A DNA stretch of 64,000 bases, taken from positions 32,001 through 96,000 of the forward strand of contig CAWIIV010000014.1 of assembly GCA_963836205.1 (NCBI GenBank), written 5' to 3'. The translations under genes were made by a program, and so were the position numbers. The notes beneath the pieces were generated by a model, which ran no database searches, was not told where the DNA came from, and was given only the letters and a program-made list of their open reading frames with translations. Of this stretch, positions 44,213 to 55,500 are shown in pieces. Numbering within the stretch: the stretch's first letter is position 1; each line of letters begins with the position of its first letter. The DNA is from an uncultured Acidimicrobiia bacterium (GTDB taxonomy: Bacteria; Actinomycetota; Acidimicrobiia; Acidimicrobiales; AC-14).

Positions 44213-45243
44213 TCGGCGGCGATCTGCTCCTGGCCCTGGCCCTGGTCGTCGCGGCCGCGGTCTGCGCCCCCGCGTCGGCAGTGATGCGCCGGCGTCGGCG
44301 GCAGCAGCGCCAGGCCCGGGCCGAGACCTCAGTCCGCCCGATCCTGTTGGAGGCCATCGACCGCGGCAACATCGACGGGGCCACCATCGACGCCCTCGAC
44401 CCGCTCCAGCAGCGGGCGCTCGAGGCGATGGCCCGATCGCTGCTGCCGAAGCTCCGCGGTAGCGAGCACGACACTCTGGCCCGCCTGCTGCACCAGCGGG
44501 GCTCGCTCGACGTCGCCCGGCGCCACACGAGGAGTCGGCGGGCCTCGGTTCGGGCCCGGGCCGGCCAGTTCATCGGCGAGGCCGGGACGTCGGCGTCGGT
44601 CCCGGACCTCGTCCGGCTGCTCCACGACCCGAACCCCCAGGTCCGATGGGCGGCGGCTCGCGGCCTCGGGCGCCTCGGCCATGCCACCGCACTGAGTCCC
44701 CTCCTCGCCTGCCTGGAAGGCCCTCATGCCCTGCCGGCCGATGTGGTGGTCAGCGCCGTGTCCGGCATCAGCCAGTGCCCGATCGCCGTGCTCCGCCAGG
44801 GCTCCCGGAGCAGCTCGGTCCCGATTCGAGCGGTGACGGTGGAGCTGCTGGGCCGTTTCCAGGCGCTGGCCGCGGTCGACGAGGTGATCAAGATCCTGCG
44901 CTCCGATCCCTCGTCGGAGGTGCGGGCCCGCGCCGCCCAGTGCCTGGGCCGCCTCGGCAGCCCCCGGGCGGTGGAGCCCTTGCTGGCCTGCCTCGACACC
45001 AGCCCGACGCCGGTCCGGTTCCAGGCCCTGTGGGCGCTGGGCGAGATCGGGGCGGTGGAGGCGCTTCCCGTGCTGCGGGCGACGCTCCTCGGCCCGTCCC
45101 GCCAGATGAGCGAGGTGGCCGCCACCGGGTTGGCCGCCCTCGGGCCGTCGGGCCGGCGCGTCCTCACCCACGTCGCCGACGGCGAAGGCCAGGCGGCGGA
45201 GATCGCTGTCGCCACCCTCGCCGGCCTCAGCGTGTCGCGCTGA
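44209..45243 (+). CDS. Membrane-anchored HEAT repeat protein
   Basis: N-terminal TM; repeats VRWAAARGLG, VRARAAQCLG, VRFQALWALG; GTGA overlap. Confidence 0.82.
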   Translation: MIGGDLLLALALVVAAAVCAPASAVMRRRRRQQRQARAETSVRPILLEAIDRGNIDGATIDALDPLQQRALEAMARSLLPKLRGSEHDTLARLLHQRGSLDVARRHTRSRRASVRARAGQFIGEAGTSASVPDLVRLLHDPNPQVRWAAARGLGRLGHATALSPLLACLEGPHALPADVVVSAVSGISQCPIAVLRQGSRSSSVPIRAVTVELLGRFQALAAVDEVIKILRSDPSSEVRARAAQCLGRLGSPRAVEPLLACLDTSPTPVRFQALWALGEIGAVEALPVLRATLLGPSRQMSEVAATGLAALGPSGRRVLTHVADGEGQAAEIAVATLAGLSVSR

Positions 45244-45283
45244 CCCATCCCGCCCGGGTCCAGCCGCTTTCCGCCCGGCGAAA

Positions 45284-45967
45284 TCAGCGGTAGATCAGCA
45301 GACCCGATCGCACCGCGATGGACACCGCTTCCAGCTTGGAGTGGGCCCCCAACTTGGCCAGGATGTGCTGCACGTGGTTGCGCACGGTGTGGCTGCTGAC
45401 GAACAGCCGGGCCGCCATCGCCGCCGTGGTGAGGCCCTCGGCCATGAGCTGGAGGACTTCGAGCTCCCGCTTCGAGATCCGCGCTTCCTCGCCGCCGGAC
45501 CCGTCGGAGCCCACCTGCGACCGCAGGTGGGAGAGGGACGCCGGTGGCGGCATGACCAGCTCCCCGGCGTGGGCCAGGCGGACGGCGGTCACGACGTCGT
45601 CCGCGGCCCGGTCCTTGGTGACGTAGCCCGAGCACCCGGCGGCGATGGCGGCCGCCACCACGTTGCCGTCGTCGGTGGCGGTGAGCATGACGACCCTGGT
45701 GGAGGCGTTCTCGGCCACGATCTCCGCGGCCAGGTCGGTGCCCCGCCCGTCGGGCAGCTCGTAGTCCATGAGCACGACGTCGGGCCGGCGGGCCCGCACT
45801 GCGGCCCGGGCCTCGGCCCCGTTGGTGGCCGCGGCCACGACACTGATGCCCGGGACGCGGAACAGGAGGCTGGCCAGGCTCTCCACGAACATCTGGTGGT
45901 CGTCGACGAGCACGACGGTGATCGTCGGGCCGTCGGCTCGGTCCTGCCCCACTGCACGTCCGGTCAT
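45284..45967 (-). CDS. NarL/LuxR family response regulator
   Basis: VVLVDD, MDYELP, ISKRELEVL, HTVRNHV. Confidence 0.92.
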   Translation of the reverse strand: MTGRAVGQDRADGPTITVVLVDDHQMFVESLASLLFRVPGISVVAAATNGAEARAAVRARRPDVVLMDYELPDGRGTDLAAEIVAENASTRVVMLTATDDGNVVAAAIAAGCSGYVTKDRAADDVVTAVRLAHAGELVMPPPASLSHLRSQVGSDGSGGEEARISKRELEVLQLMAEGLTTAAMAARLFVSSHTVRNHVQHILAKLGAHSKLEAVSIAVRSGLLIYR

Positions 45968-46006
45968 CGCCGCCTCCCGACCCCGCCTGACGTCGGCCGC
46001 CGGCAG

Positions 46007-46459
46007 CTAGGTGGACACATCGTCATCAGAGATCAGTTCCGCCAGGAACAGGTCGACCCCGTGCGCGGGGAGGACCACGTCGCCCCGGTGGGCGGCGCGG
46101 ATGGCCTCGGGCAGGTCGTGGAGGAGGCGGTCCTTCAGGATGTAGCCGGCGCATCCCGCCTCCCGGGCCGCGGCGAGCGTCTGGTCGTCGGCGGACGCGG
46201 TCACCATCACCACCCGGGCGCTCTGGACGACGGCATTGATGCGGCCGGCGGCATCGGTGCCCCTGCCGTCGGGCAGCTGCTGGTCCATGAGCACCACGTC
46301 GGGCCGGTGCTCGTGGGCCTGGGCCAGGGCCTGCCTGACCGTCCCGGCCACGCCCACGACCGACATGTCGTCCTCCTGGGCGAGGACGCGCTTCACCATC
46401 TCGTGGAAAATCGGCTGATCGTCGACCACCAGCACTGTGATCCCGGAATCCGTAACCAT
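46007..46459 (-). CDS. NarL-type receiver domain without HTH
   Basis: VLVVDD, MDQQLPDG, YILKD; stops after the linker. Confidence 0.8.
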   Translation of the reverse strand: MVTDSGITVLVVDDQPIFHEMVKRVLAQEDDMSVVGVAGTVRQALAQAHEHRPDVVLMDQQLPDGRGTDAAGRINAVVQSARVVMVTASADDQTLAAAREAGCAGYILKDRLLHDLPEAIRAAHRGDVVLPAHGVDLFLAELISDDDVST

Positions 46460-46605
46460 GACCTTGACCTCGATCGGGCGGCTACGGGTCGGACATTCGT
46501 CGGTCGACGTGCCGCCGTCACCGAAGGATACGCCTGAACTCGGGCCCAGCACGGTGCCAAAGGTCACAATCGTCCGAATCCGCCGACGGCCGGTCCGCCT
46601 CGCCG

Positions 46606-47277
46606 CTACATCCCGCCGTGATAGCCCAGGTCGACGACCCGGATCAGGGCGAGCACGAGGATGCCGACGCCGACGCCCGCGGCTCCGTACCGGATGGAGC
46701 GAACGCGAAAGACGGACGCGACGCCGAACAGGAACAGGGCGACGGCCAACAGGACGGTGGCGAGCTCGAACTTGCCCCCGCGGCCGTTGAGATCGCCGGC
46801 CTTGGCAAATTCTCCGGCAGCCTTCTCGTCGAGCCGCTCGCCTTCGACATGGCCGGCGACGACGTACGCCGGGTTCTCCTCGACGAACGGCGAGGCGGCC
46901 GCTTCCTCTGTCTCCGGCTGGTCCTCCCACCAGGTGATCGCGGTCGCCAGGTTCTCGTCCATCAGGCTGTCCTTGAGGTAGCCGGCGAGATCCTCGTTGT
47001 CGTCCTGTACCGCCTTGGCATACTCGAGGAACAGCGCCCGGTCCGTGGCCTGCTGCTGCGTACCGTCGGTGAACTGCTGGCTGGCCTCGTCGCTGGTCTT
47101 GATCGACTGGTTCTGCAGCGTCTGCGCGTCGCCACCGAGGGAGCTGCTCTGGAATGCCGTCCACGCCGCGGCGATGGCCGCGATGCCGAGGACGATGGCG
47201 AGGAAGGCGTCGAACTTGCCGCCCTCTTCCAGCGCGTCAGCGCTCACGTGGTCGTTCCCCGGCTTCGGGCTTCTCAC
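46606..47277 (-). CDS. Membrane protein (DUF4337-like)
   Basis: TM-AWTAFQS, acidic periplasmic loop, 2 C-terminal TMs. Confidence 0.6.
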   Translation of the reverse strand: MRSPKPGNDHVSADALEEGGKFDAFLAIVLGIAAIAAAWTAFQSSSLGGDAQTLQNQSIKTSDEASQQFTDGTQQQATDRALFLEYAKAVQDDNEDLAGYLKDSLMDENLATAITWWEDQPETEEAAASPFVEENPAYVVAGHVEGERLDEKAAGEFAKAGDLNGRGGKFELATVLLAVALFLFGVASVFRVRSIRYGAAGVGVGILVLALIRVVDLGYHGGM

Positions 47278-47365
47278 TCATGTGTGCGTGTCCTCGCTCG
47301 TGGTCGCGACCGGTTCGAGTCGTCACGGAAGGCGCCGACCCGGAGGGGCCGCCCCGTTCCGACCA

Positions 47366-48022
47366 CTACGGCTGGAGTGCGGCCCGGAAGATGGAACGGA
47401 GGTGCTGGAGGCGGGCCTCGAGGACGTCGGGGGCGAGGGGGTCGCCCCCCAGGAGGTCCTCCAGGAAGGGAACGTCGCTGAAGTAGCTCAGCAGCGCCCC
47501 GTAGATGGTGAAGAAGAGCTGCTCGGGGTCGTGCGCCCGCAGCCGGCCGGCGGCCATCTCCCCCTCGAAGAACACCACCGCCCGGGTGAACAGGGGCCGC
47601 AGGCCGGCACCCAGCTCGGCACCGAGGCGGCCGGCGTCCTCCAGGGCCTCCCGCCGCACCAGACGAACGAAGGCGGGGTGGGCCACGAAGAACTGGAAGC
47701 CGGCGGTGAGGATCCGGTCGACCTGCTCCCACCCGTTGGCGGTGCCGTTGGCGACCGTGGCCTCCTCCACCCGCTGGTACCAGTCGGCCAGGGCCCTCTC
47801 GAACACCTCCCGGTACAGCGCCTCCTTGGACGGGAAGTGGTGCAGGAGGCTGGGCCGGCGGATGCCCACCGCGGTCGCGATCTCGTTGAGCGACGTGCCG
47901 TCGTAGCCGTGCTCGGAGAAGCAACGGAGGGCCTCGACCAGGATGGCGTCACGCGTGGTCAGGGGCGCGGAAGCCGACGATGCTCGGGCCGGAGCCAACG
48001 GGCTGGATTTGCCGTTAGACAA
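47366..48022 (-). CDS. TetR family regulator
   Basis: [35 protein letters not shown]; start approximate. Confidence 0.92.
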   Translation of the reverse strand: MSNGKSSPLAPARASSASAPLTTRDAILVEALRCFSEHGYDGTSLNEIATAVGIRRPSLLHHFPSKEALYREVFERALADWYQRVEEATVANGTANGWEQVDRILTAGFQFFVAHPAFVRLVRREALEDAGRLGAELGAGLRPLFTRAVVFFEGEMAAGRLRAHDPEQLFFTIYGALLSYFSDVPFLEDLLGGDPLAPDVLEARLQHLRSIFRAALQP

Positions 48023-48107
48023 CGCGCGCACCCGCGACGTCGTCGGGCAGCATTGCGGCCACGTTACCGTGCCCCGCCGCACGCATGGCGGTTTCCCTCC
48101 GCGATGT

Positions 48108-48129
48108 GCCTACCTACCGGTAGGTAGGC
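48108..48129. promoter_or_regulatory. Perfect 22-bp palindrome, probable TetR operator
   Basis: gcctacctaccggtaggtaggc between divergent tetR and desaturase, abutting TACCGT -10. Confidence 0.8.
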
Positions 48130-48141
48130 TACCGTGAGGCA

Positions 48142-48876
48142 ATGGTCCGATCCCTTCCTCTCGCCCTGCTCATCGCGTTCGCCGTCACCCAGCTGGCCAA
48201 CGTGGTGACCACCACCTACCTCCACCGGGCCCTGGCCCACAAGGCCCTGCGCCTCTCGCCCGGGGTCACCGCCGTCTTCCGGGTCCTCACGTGGATCACC
48301 ACCGGGATCCGCCCTCGCCAGTGGGTGGCGGTGCACCGCAAGCACCACGCCCACACCGACGAGGAGGGCGACCCCCACTCCCCCGTCCTCCTCGGCTTCC
48401 TCGCGGTGCAGGTGGGCAACGTGGCGCTCTACCGCAAGGCGGCGGCCGACACGGCCATGGTCGCCCGCTACTCCCGCGACCTGCCCGCCGACCGCTGGGA
48501 CCGGGTGCTCTTCGACCACGCCCTGCTCGGGCTGGGCGTCGGCCTGGCCGTGCTGGTCGTGGTGATGGGCCCGTGGCTGGCGCTGGTGGCCGGCCTGGTC
48601 CACGCGGTGGCCTACCTGGCCCTCAGCTCGGCGGTGAACGCGGCCGGCCACACGTTCGGCCGCCGGCCGCATCCCAACCAGGCCGGGAACCTCCAGTGGC
48701 TGGCCTGGCTCACCGCCGGGGAGGGCCTCCACAACAACCACCACCACGCCCCCACCTCGGCCCGCCTGTCGGAGACGAGGGGGCAGTTCGACCCCGGCTG
48801 GTGGCTGGTGTCGGCCCTGCGCCGCGTGGGCTGGGCCACGCTGCGGGAGCGCAAAGCCGAACTGGTCTCCACCTGA
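48142..48876 (+). CDS. Membrane fatty acyl desaturase (delta-9-like)
   Basis: His boxes HRALAH, HRKHH, HNNHH. Confidence 0.92.
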   Translation: MVRSLPLALLIAFAVTQLANVVTTTYLHRALAHKALRLSPGVTAVFRVLTWITTGIRPRQWVAVHRKHHAHTDEEGDPHSPVLLGFLAVQVGNVALYRKAAADTAMVARYSRDLPADRWDRVLFDHALLGLGVGLAVLVVVMGPWLALVAGLVHAVAYLALSSAVNAAGHTFGRRPHPNQAGNLQWLAWLTAGEGLHNNHHHAPTSARLSETRGQFDPGWWLVSALRRVGWATLRERKAELVST

Positions 48877-48877
48877 T

Positions 48878-48928
48878 CGAACCGGTGACGGTTTCGGTTG
48901 CCAGAGGACCGAAAAACGTCACCGGTTC
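48878..48928. repeat. REP-like hairpin (family copy 3), likely bidirectional terminator
   Basis: cgaaccggtgacggtttcgg-loop-ccgaaaacgtcaccggttcg between convergent genes. Confidence 0.8.
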
Positions 48929-48941
48929 GTGAAGGGCGGGA

Positions 48942-50780
48942 CTATTTCAGCAGGCCGCGCACCGCGTCGGCGATGGCGGAGGCGTCGATGCCCGCTGCGG
49001 CCAGCAGCTCGTCGGGCTTGCCCGAGGTGGGCATGCCGGAGACGGCCAGGCGGACGATCGACACGGCCAGACCGGCGTCGACCAGGGCGCCGGCGACGGC
49101 CTCGCCGATGCCGCCTTCGGGCCAGTGGTCCTCGACGACGACGATCTTGCCCCCGGTGGCCTGGACCGCGGCGCAGATGCCGGCACCGTCGATGGGCTTG
49201 ACCGAGTAGGCGTCGACCACCCGCACGTTGACGCCTTCGGCGGCCAGGGCGTCGCCCGCCTTCAGCGCCTCGCCGACGGTGATGCCGCCGCCCACGATGG
49301 TGACCTGGTCGGAGTCGGACGAGCGCACCACCTTGGAGCCGCCGATCGGGAACTCTTCGTCGGGGCCGTAGATGGTGGTGGTGTTGGCCCGGGTGGTGCG
49401 CAGGTAGACGATGCCGTCGAGGTCGGCCATGGCCGCCACCAGCTTCGCCGTCTGGTTGGCGTCGCACGGGTAGAGGATCGTGCTGCCGTGGATGGCCCGC
49501 AGGGAGGCCATGTCCTCCAAAGCCATCTGCGACGGGCCGTCCTCCCCGATGGAGCAGCCCACGTGGGAGCCGACCAGGTTGATCCGGGCCCGGCTGACGG
49601 CGGCCATCCGTACGAAGTCGTAGGCCCGGGCCAGGAAGGCGCCGAAGGTGGACGCGTAGGGAATCCAACCCCGCACCTGGATGCCGATGGCGTTGGCCAC
49701 CATCTGCTGCTCGGCGATGAAGCACTCGATGTAGCGGTCGGGGTGGGCGTCGCGGAAGATCTCGGAGAATGTGGAGTTGGAGACCTCGCCGTCGAGCGCG
49801 ACCACGTCGGCCCGGGCGTGGCCCAATGCGGCCAGGGCCTCGCCGTAGACCTTGCGGGTGGCGATCGACGAACCGAGCTCGTAGACGGGGAGCTTGAGCT
49901 CGCCGGAGGTCTCGAAGACGTGGGCCTTGCCGTTCTGCGGGGGGCTGGGGACGGTGGCGGTGATGCCGCGATCGCCGCCGAGCTCCTCGATGGCGCCGGG
50001 GATGTCCTCGAGGGGCTTGCCGTGGGCGTTGAGCTGGTCCTCGACCGCCTGGACCCCTCGGCCCTTCTTGGTGCGGGCCAGGATCACGGTGGGCTTGCCG
50101 GTGACGGCGACGGCCTCGGCGAACGCGGCGTCGACAGCGTCGACGTCGTGGCCGTCGACCTCGATGGCGTGCCAGCCGAAGGCCTCGAACTGCTTCTTGT
50201 AGGGGTCGATGTCCCACCCGTAGCGGGTGGCCCGGCTCTGGCCGAGGCGGTTGACGTCGACGATGGCGGTGATGTTGTCGAGCTCCTCGTAGGCCGCGGC
50301 CGCGGCCGCCTCCCACATCGAGCCCTCGGCCATCTCCGAGTCACCGCAGATCACCCAGGTGCGGTAGGGCAGTCGGTCGAGGCGCTTGGCCGCGATGGCC
50401 ACGCCGACGGCGATGGGCAGGCCCTGGCCGAGGGAGCCGGTGGCCACGTCGACCCACGGCAGGCGGGGGGTGGGGTGGCCCTCCAACCGGCTGCCGATGT
50501 GGCGGTAGGTGTCCATCTCCTCCTGGTCGACGGCGCCCACGGCCTTGTAGATGGCGTAGATCAGGGGCGAGGCGTGGCCCTTGGAGAAGATCAGGTGGTC
50601 GGCGTTGGGGTTCTTGGGATCGTTGAAGTCGTAGTGCAGGTACTTGGTGACCAGCACGGCCATGAAGTCGGCGGCCGACATCGACGAGGTGGGGTGACCG
50701 GACTTGGCCGCACCGCTGATCTTCACTGCGTCGACCCGGAACTGCTGGCCGAGGTCACGCCACTGCTGGGACTCGCTCAT
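48942..50780 (-). CDS. tkt: Transketolase
   Basis: SGHPTSS, SKGH, TGSLGQG, GDSE..EG..WE, IAEQ, GEDGPSQ. Confidence 0.95.
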   Translation of the reverse strand: MSESQQWRDLGQQFRVDAVKISGAAKSGHPTSSMSAADFMAVLVTKYLHYDFNDPKNPNADHLIFSKGHASPLIYAIYKAVGAVDQEEMDTYRHIGSRLEGHPTPRLPWVDVATGSLGQGLPIAVGVAIAAKRLDRLPYRTWVICGDSEMAEGSMWEAAAAAAYEELDNITAIVDVNRLGQSRATRYGWDIDPYKKQFEAFGWHAIEVDGHDVDAVDAAFAEAVAVTGKPTVILARTKKGRGVQAVEDQLNAHGKPLEDIPGAIEELGGDRGITATVPSPPQNGKAHVFETSGELKLPVYELGSSIATRKVYGEALAALGHARADVVALDGEVSNSTFSEIFRDAHPDRYIECFIAEQQMVANAIGIQVRGWIPYASTFGAFLARAYDFVRMAAVSRARINLVGSHVGCSIGEDGPSQMALEDMASLRAIHGSTILYPCDANQTAKLVAAMADLDGIVYLRTTRANTTTIYGPDEEFPIGGSKVVRSSDSDQVTIVGGGITVGEALKAGDALAAEGVNVRVVDAYSVKPIDGAGICAAVQATGGKIVVVEDHWPEGGIGEAVAGALVDAGLAVSIVRLAVSGMPTSGKPDELLAAAGIDASAIADAVRGLLK

Positions 50781-50886
50781 CAAGAACTCCTTCGCTGGGC
50801 GGCGGCCGGGCCATCCCCGGGCAGGGTCGAGCCGCTCACAGAGACCCCCATCCTATGTTCACGAGCGGACGGCTACCTTCGGGGCC

Positions 50887-51276
50887 ATGGACATCGTGTC
50901 GGCCCTCTTCGTCGAGGGCATCGATATGCGGCAAGTGCCCGGTCCGGCGACCCGATTCGATCTCACCGGGGTGATGTTCTCGCTGGCCGCACCCTCGCCG
51001 CCGCCGGTCACCATCTCGCCCCACCTCATCGTCTTCATCCGCTGCCGGGCCGACGAGCCCGGGCAGGGGACGATGGAGGTGCGCTTCCTCGACGCCGCGG
51101 GCGAGGAGGTGGCCCGCAACGCCCAGCCGGTCAACGTCCAGCCGGGCAAGTTCGGGCGCCAGCTGGTGAAGGGCGACATGAAGTACGAGGACTACGGCAC
51201 CATCGAGGCCCACGTCCGCCTGGTGGGCGGCCCCACCGTGGTCGTGCCGTTGACCCTCCTGCCGGCACCGGGGTGA
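50887..51276 (+). CDS. Hypothetical beta-sandwich protein (DUF6941-like)
   Basis: Good codon pattern, TACCTT upstream, GTGA-coupled to FIST gene. Confidence 0.6.
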   Translation: MDIVSALFVEGIDMRQVPGPATRFDLTGVMFSLAAPSPPPVTISPHLIVFIRCRADEPGQGTMEVRFLDAAGEEVARNAQPVNVQPGKFGRQLVKGDMKYEDYGTIEAHVRLVGGPTVVVPLTLLPAPG

Positions 51277-52460
51277 CCGGCAGCCACCGGTTCGCGGCCG
51301 GACTGTCCCAGCACCCGTCGCCCGCGGTGGCGGTGGGAGAGGTCCTGGGCCAGGTCCTCGACGCCCTGGGGCCCGACAACCCGCCCGACCTGGCCCTTCT
51401 CTTCGTCACCCCGCCCCACGCGGGGGCGCTGGAGGACGCGGCCAAGGCCATCCGGGAGATGCTGCGGCCGGGCGCCCTCCTCGGCTGCGCCGCGGTGTCG
51501 GTGGTGGGTGGCGGCCGCGAGGTGGAGCAGTCCCCCGGGGTCTCCCTCTGGGCGGGGATGACGGGGCCGGTCACGCCCTTCCACCTCACCGTGGTCGAGA
51601 CACCCGACGGGCAGACGGTCACCGGTTGGCCGGAGGAGATCGAGGACGACCCGAGCGCCCTGTTCCTCATCCCCGACCCCTTCAGCTTCCCGACCGACTC
51701 GTTCCTCCTCCGCCACGACCAGGATCGGCCGGGCCTGCCGGTGGTGGGCGGGATGGCCTCCGCCGCCCGGGGACCGGGGGGCAACCGCCTGGTCGTCGAC
51801 GACCGGGTGGTGAGCACGGGCGCGGTGGGCGCCTTCCTGCCGTCGTCGCTGACGGTGACCACGGTGGTGTCCCAGGGGTGCCGGCCGGTGGGCACACCCT
51901 TCGCCGTCACCCGGGCCGAGGACAACGTGGTGTTCGAGCTGGGGGGCAAGCCGGCCCTGGAGCGTCTGCAGGAGGTGGCGGCGGGGGCCACCGACGCCGA
52001 CCGCCGGCTCCTGTCGCAGTTCGTCCACATCGGCCGGGTCATCGATGAGCGCAAGGTCGACTTCGATCGCGGCGACTTCCTGATCCGCAACGTCCTCGGC
52101 GCCGACCCCCGGGCGGGGGCGATCATGGTGAACGACCTGGTCGAGGTGGGGGCCACCCTCCAGTTCCAGGTGCGCGACGCGGGGTCGGCGGGCGAGGACC
52201 TCACCCAGCTCCTGGGCGCCCGCACGTCGGACGCGGCCCTGCTGTTCACCTGCAACGGGCGGGGCTCGCACATGTTCCCCACCCCCGACCACGACGCCTC
52301 GGTGGTGTCCGCCAGCCTTGGCGGGGTCCCCCTGGCCGGCATGTTCTGCGCCGGCGAGCTGGGCCCCATCGGCGGGCGCAACTTCGTCCACGGCTTCACC
52401 GCGTCCGTGGTGCTCTTCCAGGCTGACAAATCCGGGGCCCCGGGCGACTCGCCGACCTGA
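51273..52460 (+). CDS. FIST N/C domain signal transduction protein
   Basis: GGMAS, SQGCRPVG, FTCNGRG, GMFCAGELGP. Confidence 0.92.
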   Translation: MTGSHRFAAGLSQHPSPAVAVGEVLGQVLDALGPDNPPDLALLFVTPPHAGALEDAAKAIREMLRPGALLGCAAVSVVGGGREVEQSPGVSLWAGMTGPVTPFHLTVVETPDGQTVTGWPEEIEDDPSALFLIPDPFSFPTDSFLLRHDQDRPGLPVVGGMASAARGPGGNRLVVDDRVVSTGAVGAFLPSSLTVTTVVSQGCRPVGTPFAVTRAEDNVVFELGGKPALERLQEVAAGATDADRRLLSQFVHIGRVIDERKVDFDRGDFLIRNVLGADPRAGAIMVNDLVEVGATLQFQVRDAGSAGEDLTQLLGARTSDAALLFTCNGRGSHMFPTPDHDASVVSASLGGVPLAGMFCAGELGPIGGRNFVHGFTASVVLFQADKSGAPGDSPT

Positions 52461-52480
52461 CCGCCCCCCTCAGGGGGGCG
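52461..52480 (+). terminator. GC hairpin after FIST gene
   Basis: ccgccccct-ca-ggggggcgg. Confidence 0.45.
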
Positions 52481-52549
52481 GTCCACTGCCGGCGGGGTCC
52501 CGCGGACAAACCCCATGTCCAGGTCGGGACCGGGGCTTACACTCGGAAT

Positions 52550-55500
52550 GTGGGAGAACGGCGCTCGGCGGCCATGGCCGCCGTGGTCATCACCGACCTG
52601 GTGGGGTCCACCGACCTCATGGCCACCCTCGGGCGGAGCGATTTCCGGGACTTCCTGCGGGACCACTTCACCCGCCTCCGTGAGGTCGTCGACCAGCACC
52701 GGGGCACCGAGATCAAGACCCTCGGCGACGGGATCCTGGCCACCTTCCCGTCGGCGACCGACGCCGTGGCCTGCGCGGTGGCCATGCAGCAGAGCGTCGA
52801 CCGCCAGGTCCGCCAGGGCGGGGCGCCGGTGGCCATGCGCGTCGGGCTCGCCCTGGGCGAGGTGAGCTTCGACGACGGCGACGTGGTGGGCACGCCGGTG
52901 GTGGAGGCGGCCCGGCTGGTGGCGGCGGCCGGCGGCGGCCAGATCGTGGCATCCGACGTGGTCCGCATCGTCGCCGACGACCCCGACCGGACGCGGTTCG
53001 TGGAGCTGGGGAGCTTCCGCCTCAAGGGACTGCCGACGCCGGTGGACGCGTTCGAGGTCGTCTGGAAGCCGCTCCCGGTGTCGTCGGTGCCACTGCCCGC
53101 CCTCCTCACCGACATCAGCCCCATCTTCGTGGGCCGCGACACCGAGCTCGACCGCTTCCAGGCCGTCTGGGACGACGACGCGTCGGGCGAGCTGCGACTG
53201 GTCCTGCTGGCCGGCGAGCCGGGGGTCGGCAAGACCCGGTTGGCGGCGGAGATGGCGAGCCGGGCCCACCAGGCGGGGTCCACCGTGCTCGCCGGCCGGT
53301 GCGACGAGGACCTGCCCGTCCCCCACCAGCCCTTCGTGGAGGCGCTCCGGCACTTCGTCGACCACTCCCCCGACCTCGCCCTCGACGATTCCCTCGGTCG
53401 CTACGGCGGGGAGCTGGTGCGGCTGGTCCCCGAGCTGACGGCCCGGGTACCGGGCCTGCCCGCGCCCATCCGGTCGGATCCCGAGACCGAGCAGTACCGC
53501 CTGTTCGACGCGGTGGCGGCGTGGCTGGGGCGGGCGTCCGACGACCGCCAGCTGCTCCTCGTCCTCGACGACCTCCAGTGGGCGGCCAGGCCCAGCCTCC
53601 TCCTCCTGCGCCACCTCCTCCGCTCCAGCGGCCTGGGCCGGATCGTCGTCGTCGGCACCTACCGCGACACCGAGCTCACCCACGACCACCCCCTGGTGGG
53701 GATGCTGAGCGACCTCCGCCGCCACCCCCGGGTGAGCCGGCTGTCACTCGACGGGCTGGTCGAGGCCGAGGTCATGGATTTCGTGGAGCAGGCGGCCGGC
53801 CACCAGCTGGCCGACGAGAGCGAGGCCCTGGCCCGGGCCATCCACGCCGAGACCCAGGGCAACCCCTTCTTCCTCCGCGAGGTCCTCCGCCACCTGGTGG
53901 AGACGGGGGCGGTCGTGGTCGACGGGGGGCATTGGGGTGTCGCCCGACCCATCGAGGAGCTGGGCATCCCCGAGGGGGTGCGCGACGTCGTCGGGCGCCG
54001 CCTGGCCCGGCTGTCGGACCAGGCCAACACGGTGATGCGGCTGGCCGCGGTGCAGGGCACCGACTTCGAGCTGGCGGTGCTCCAGGCGGCGGGCGAGTTC
54101 GACGAGGAGGGGGTGCTGTCGGCCCTGGAGGAGGCGCTCGACGCCCGGCTGCTGCTGGAGCCGTCGGGACCGGCCGCCCGCTACCGCTTCTCCCACGCCC
54201 TCGTCCGCCAGACGGTGTACGGCGAGCTCTCCGCCGCCCGCCGGGTGGTGCTTCATCGCAAGATCGGCGAGGCCATCGAGCACATCCACGGGGGACGCAT
54301 CGAGGAGTACCTTCCGGCCCTGGCCCACCACTACGCCCAGGCCTCGATGCCCACCGCCACCACCGGCAAGGCGCTCGACTACGCGGTGCGGGCCGGCGAC
54401 CGGGCGGTGGAGCAGATGGCCAACGACCAGGCCGCGTCGTACTACCTGCGGGCGCTGGAGCTGCTGGAGGTCGGCGGCCAGGCCCACGACGACGCCCGTC
54501 GCCTCGACCTGCTCATGCGCCTCGGCCGGGCCCAGCGGCTGGCGGGCGATCCCGCCCACCGGGAGACGCTGCTGGCCGCGGGCCGGCTGGCCCGCCAACT
54601 GGGCGATGCCGACGCCCTGGCCCAGTCGGCCCTGGCCAACCACCGCGGCCTGTGGGCGACGGTGGGCGGCGTCGACGACGACCGAGTGGCGATGCTCGAG
54701 TCCGCGCTCGACGCCCAGGAGCCGGTCGACAGCCCGGTGCGGGCCCGGCTCATGGCCCGGCTGGCGGTGGAGGTCGTCTACGGGCAGGATCCCAACCGGG
54801 GGCGCGTCGTGAGCGCGGAGGCCCTGGCCATGACCCGCCGCCTGGGCGACCGGGCCACGCTGGCCGAGGTCCTCCTCGCCCGGGTGGTGGCCATCTGGGC
54901 GCCGACGACCGTCGCCGAGCGCCTGGCGCTCACCCGCGAGCTGCTGGAGGTGGCCGGCGAGCTGGGCGACTCAGTGCTGGTGTGCGCGGGATCGTGGCAC
55001 CGCTTCGCGGCGGCAATCGAGGCCGGCGACGTGGCCGAGGCCGACCGCTGCCTCGACGCCGCCGAGGGGCTGGCGGCCGAGCTGGGCCAGCCCACTGCCC
55101 GCTGGTTCACCATGATCCTGCGGGCCAACCGGCTCCTGCTGGCGGGGGAGGTGGAGCGCAGCGAGGCCGTCTCCGACCAGGCCCTGGAGCTGGGCCTGGC
55201 CACCGGCCACCCCGATGCGGTGCTCCTCCACGCGGTCCACGTGTTCAACGTCTGTTTCGAGCGGGGGACGCTCGACCTCGTCGCCGACGGCGTGGCCCGG
55301 GTGACGGCGGCCAACCCCGGCGTCACGTCGCTGCAGGCCACCCTGGCCCTCCTCCACGCCGAGCTGGGCGAGCTCGAGCAGGCCCGAGCCTCCTACGAAC
55401 GGCTTCTCGGCCAGCTCACCGACCTGCGCCAGGAGCCCTACTGGCTGCGGACGGTGACCCAGGCCGCCTACGTCTGCCACCTGCTGGAGGACCGGGTGGG

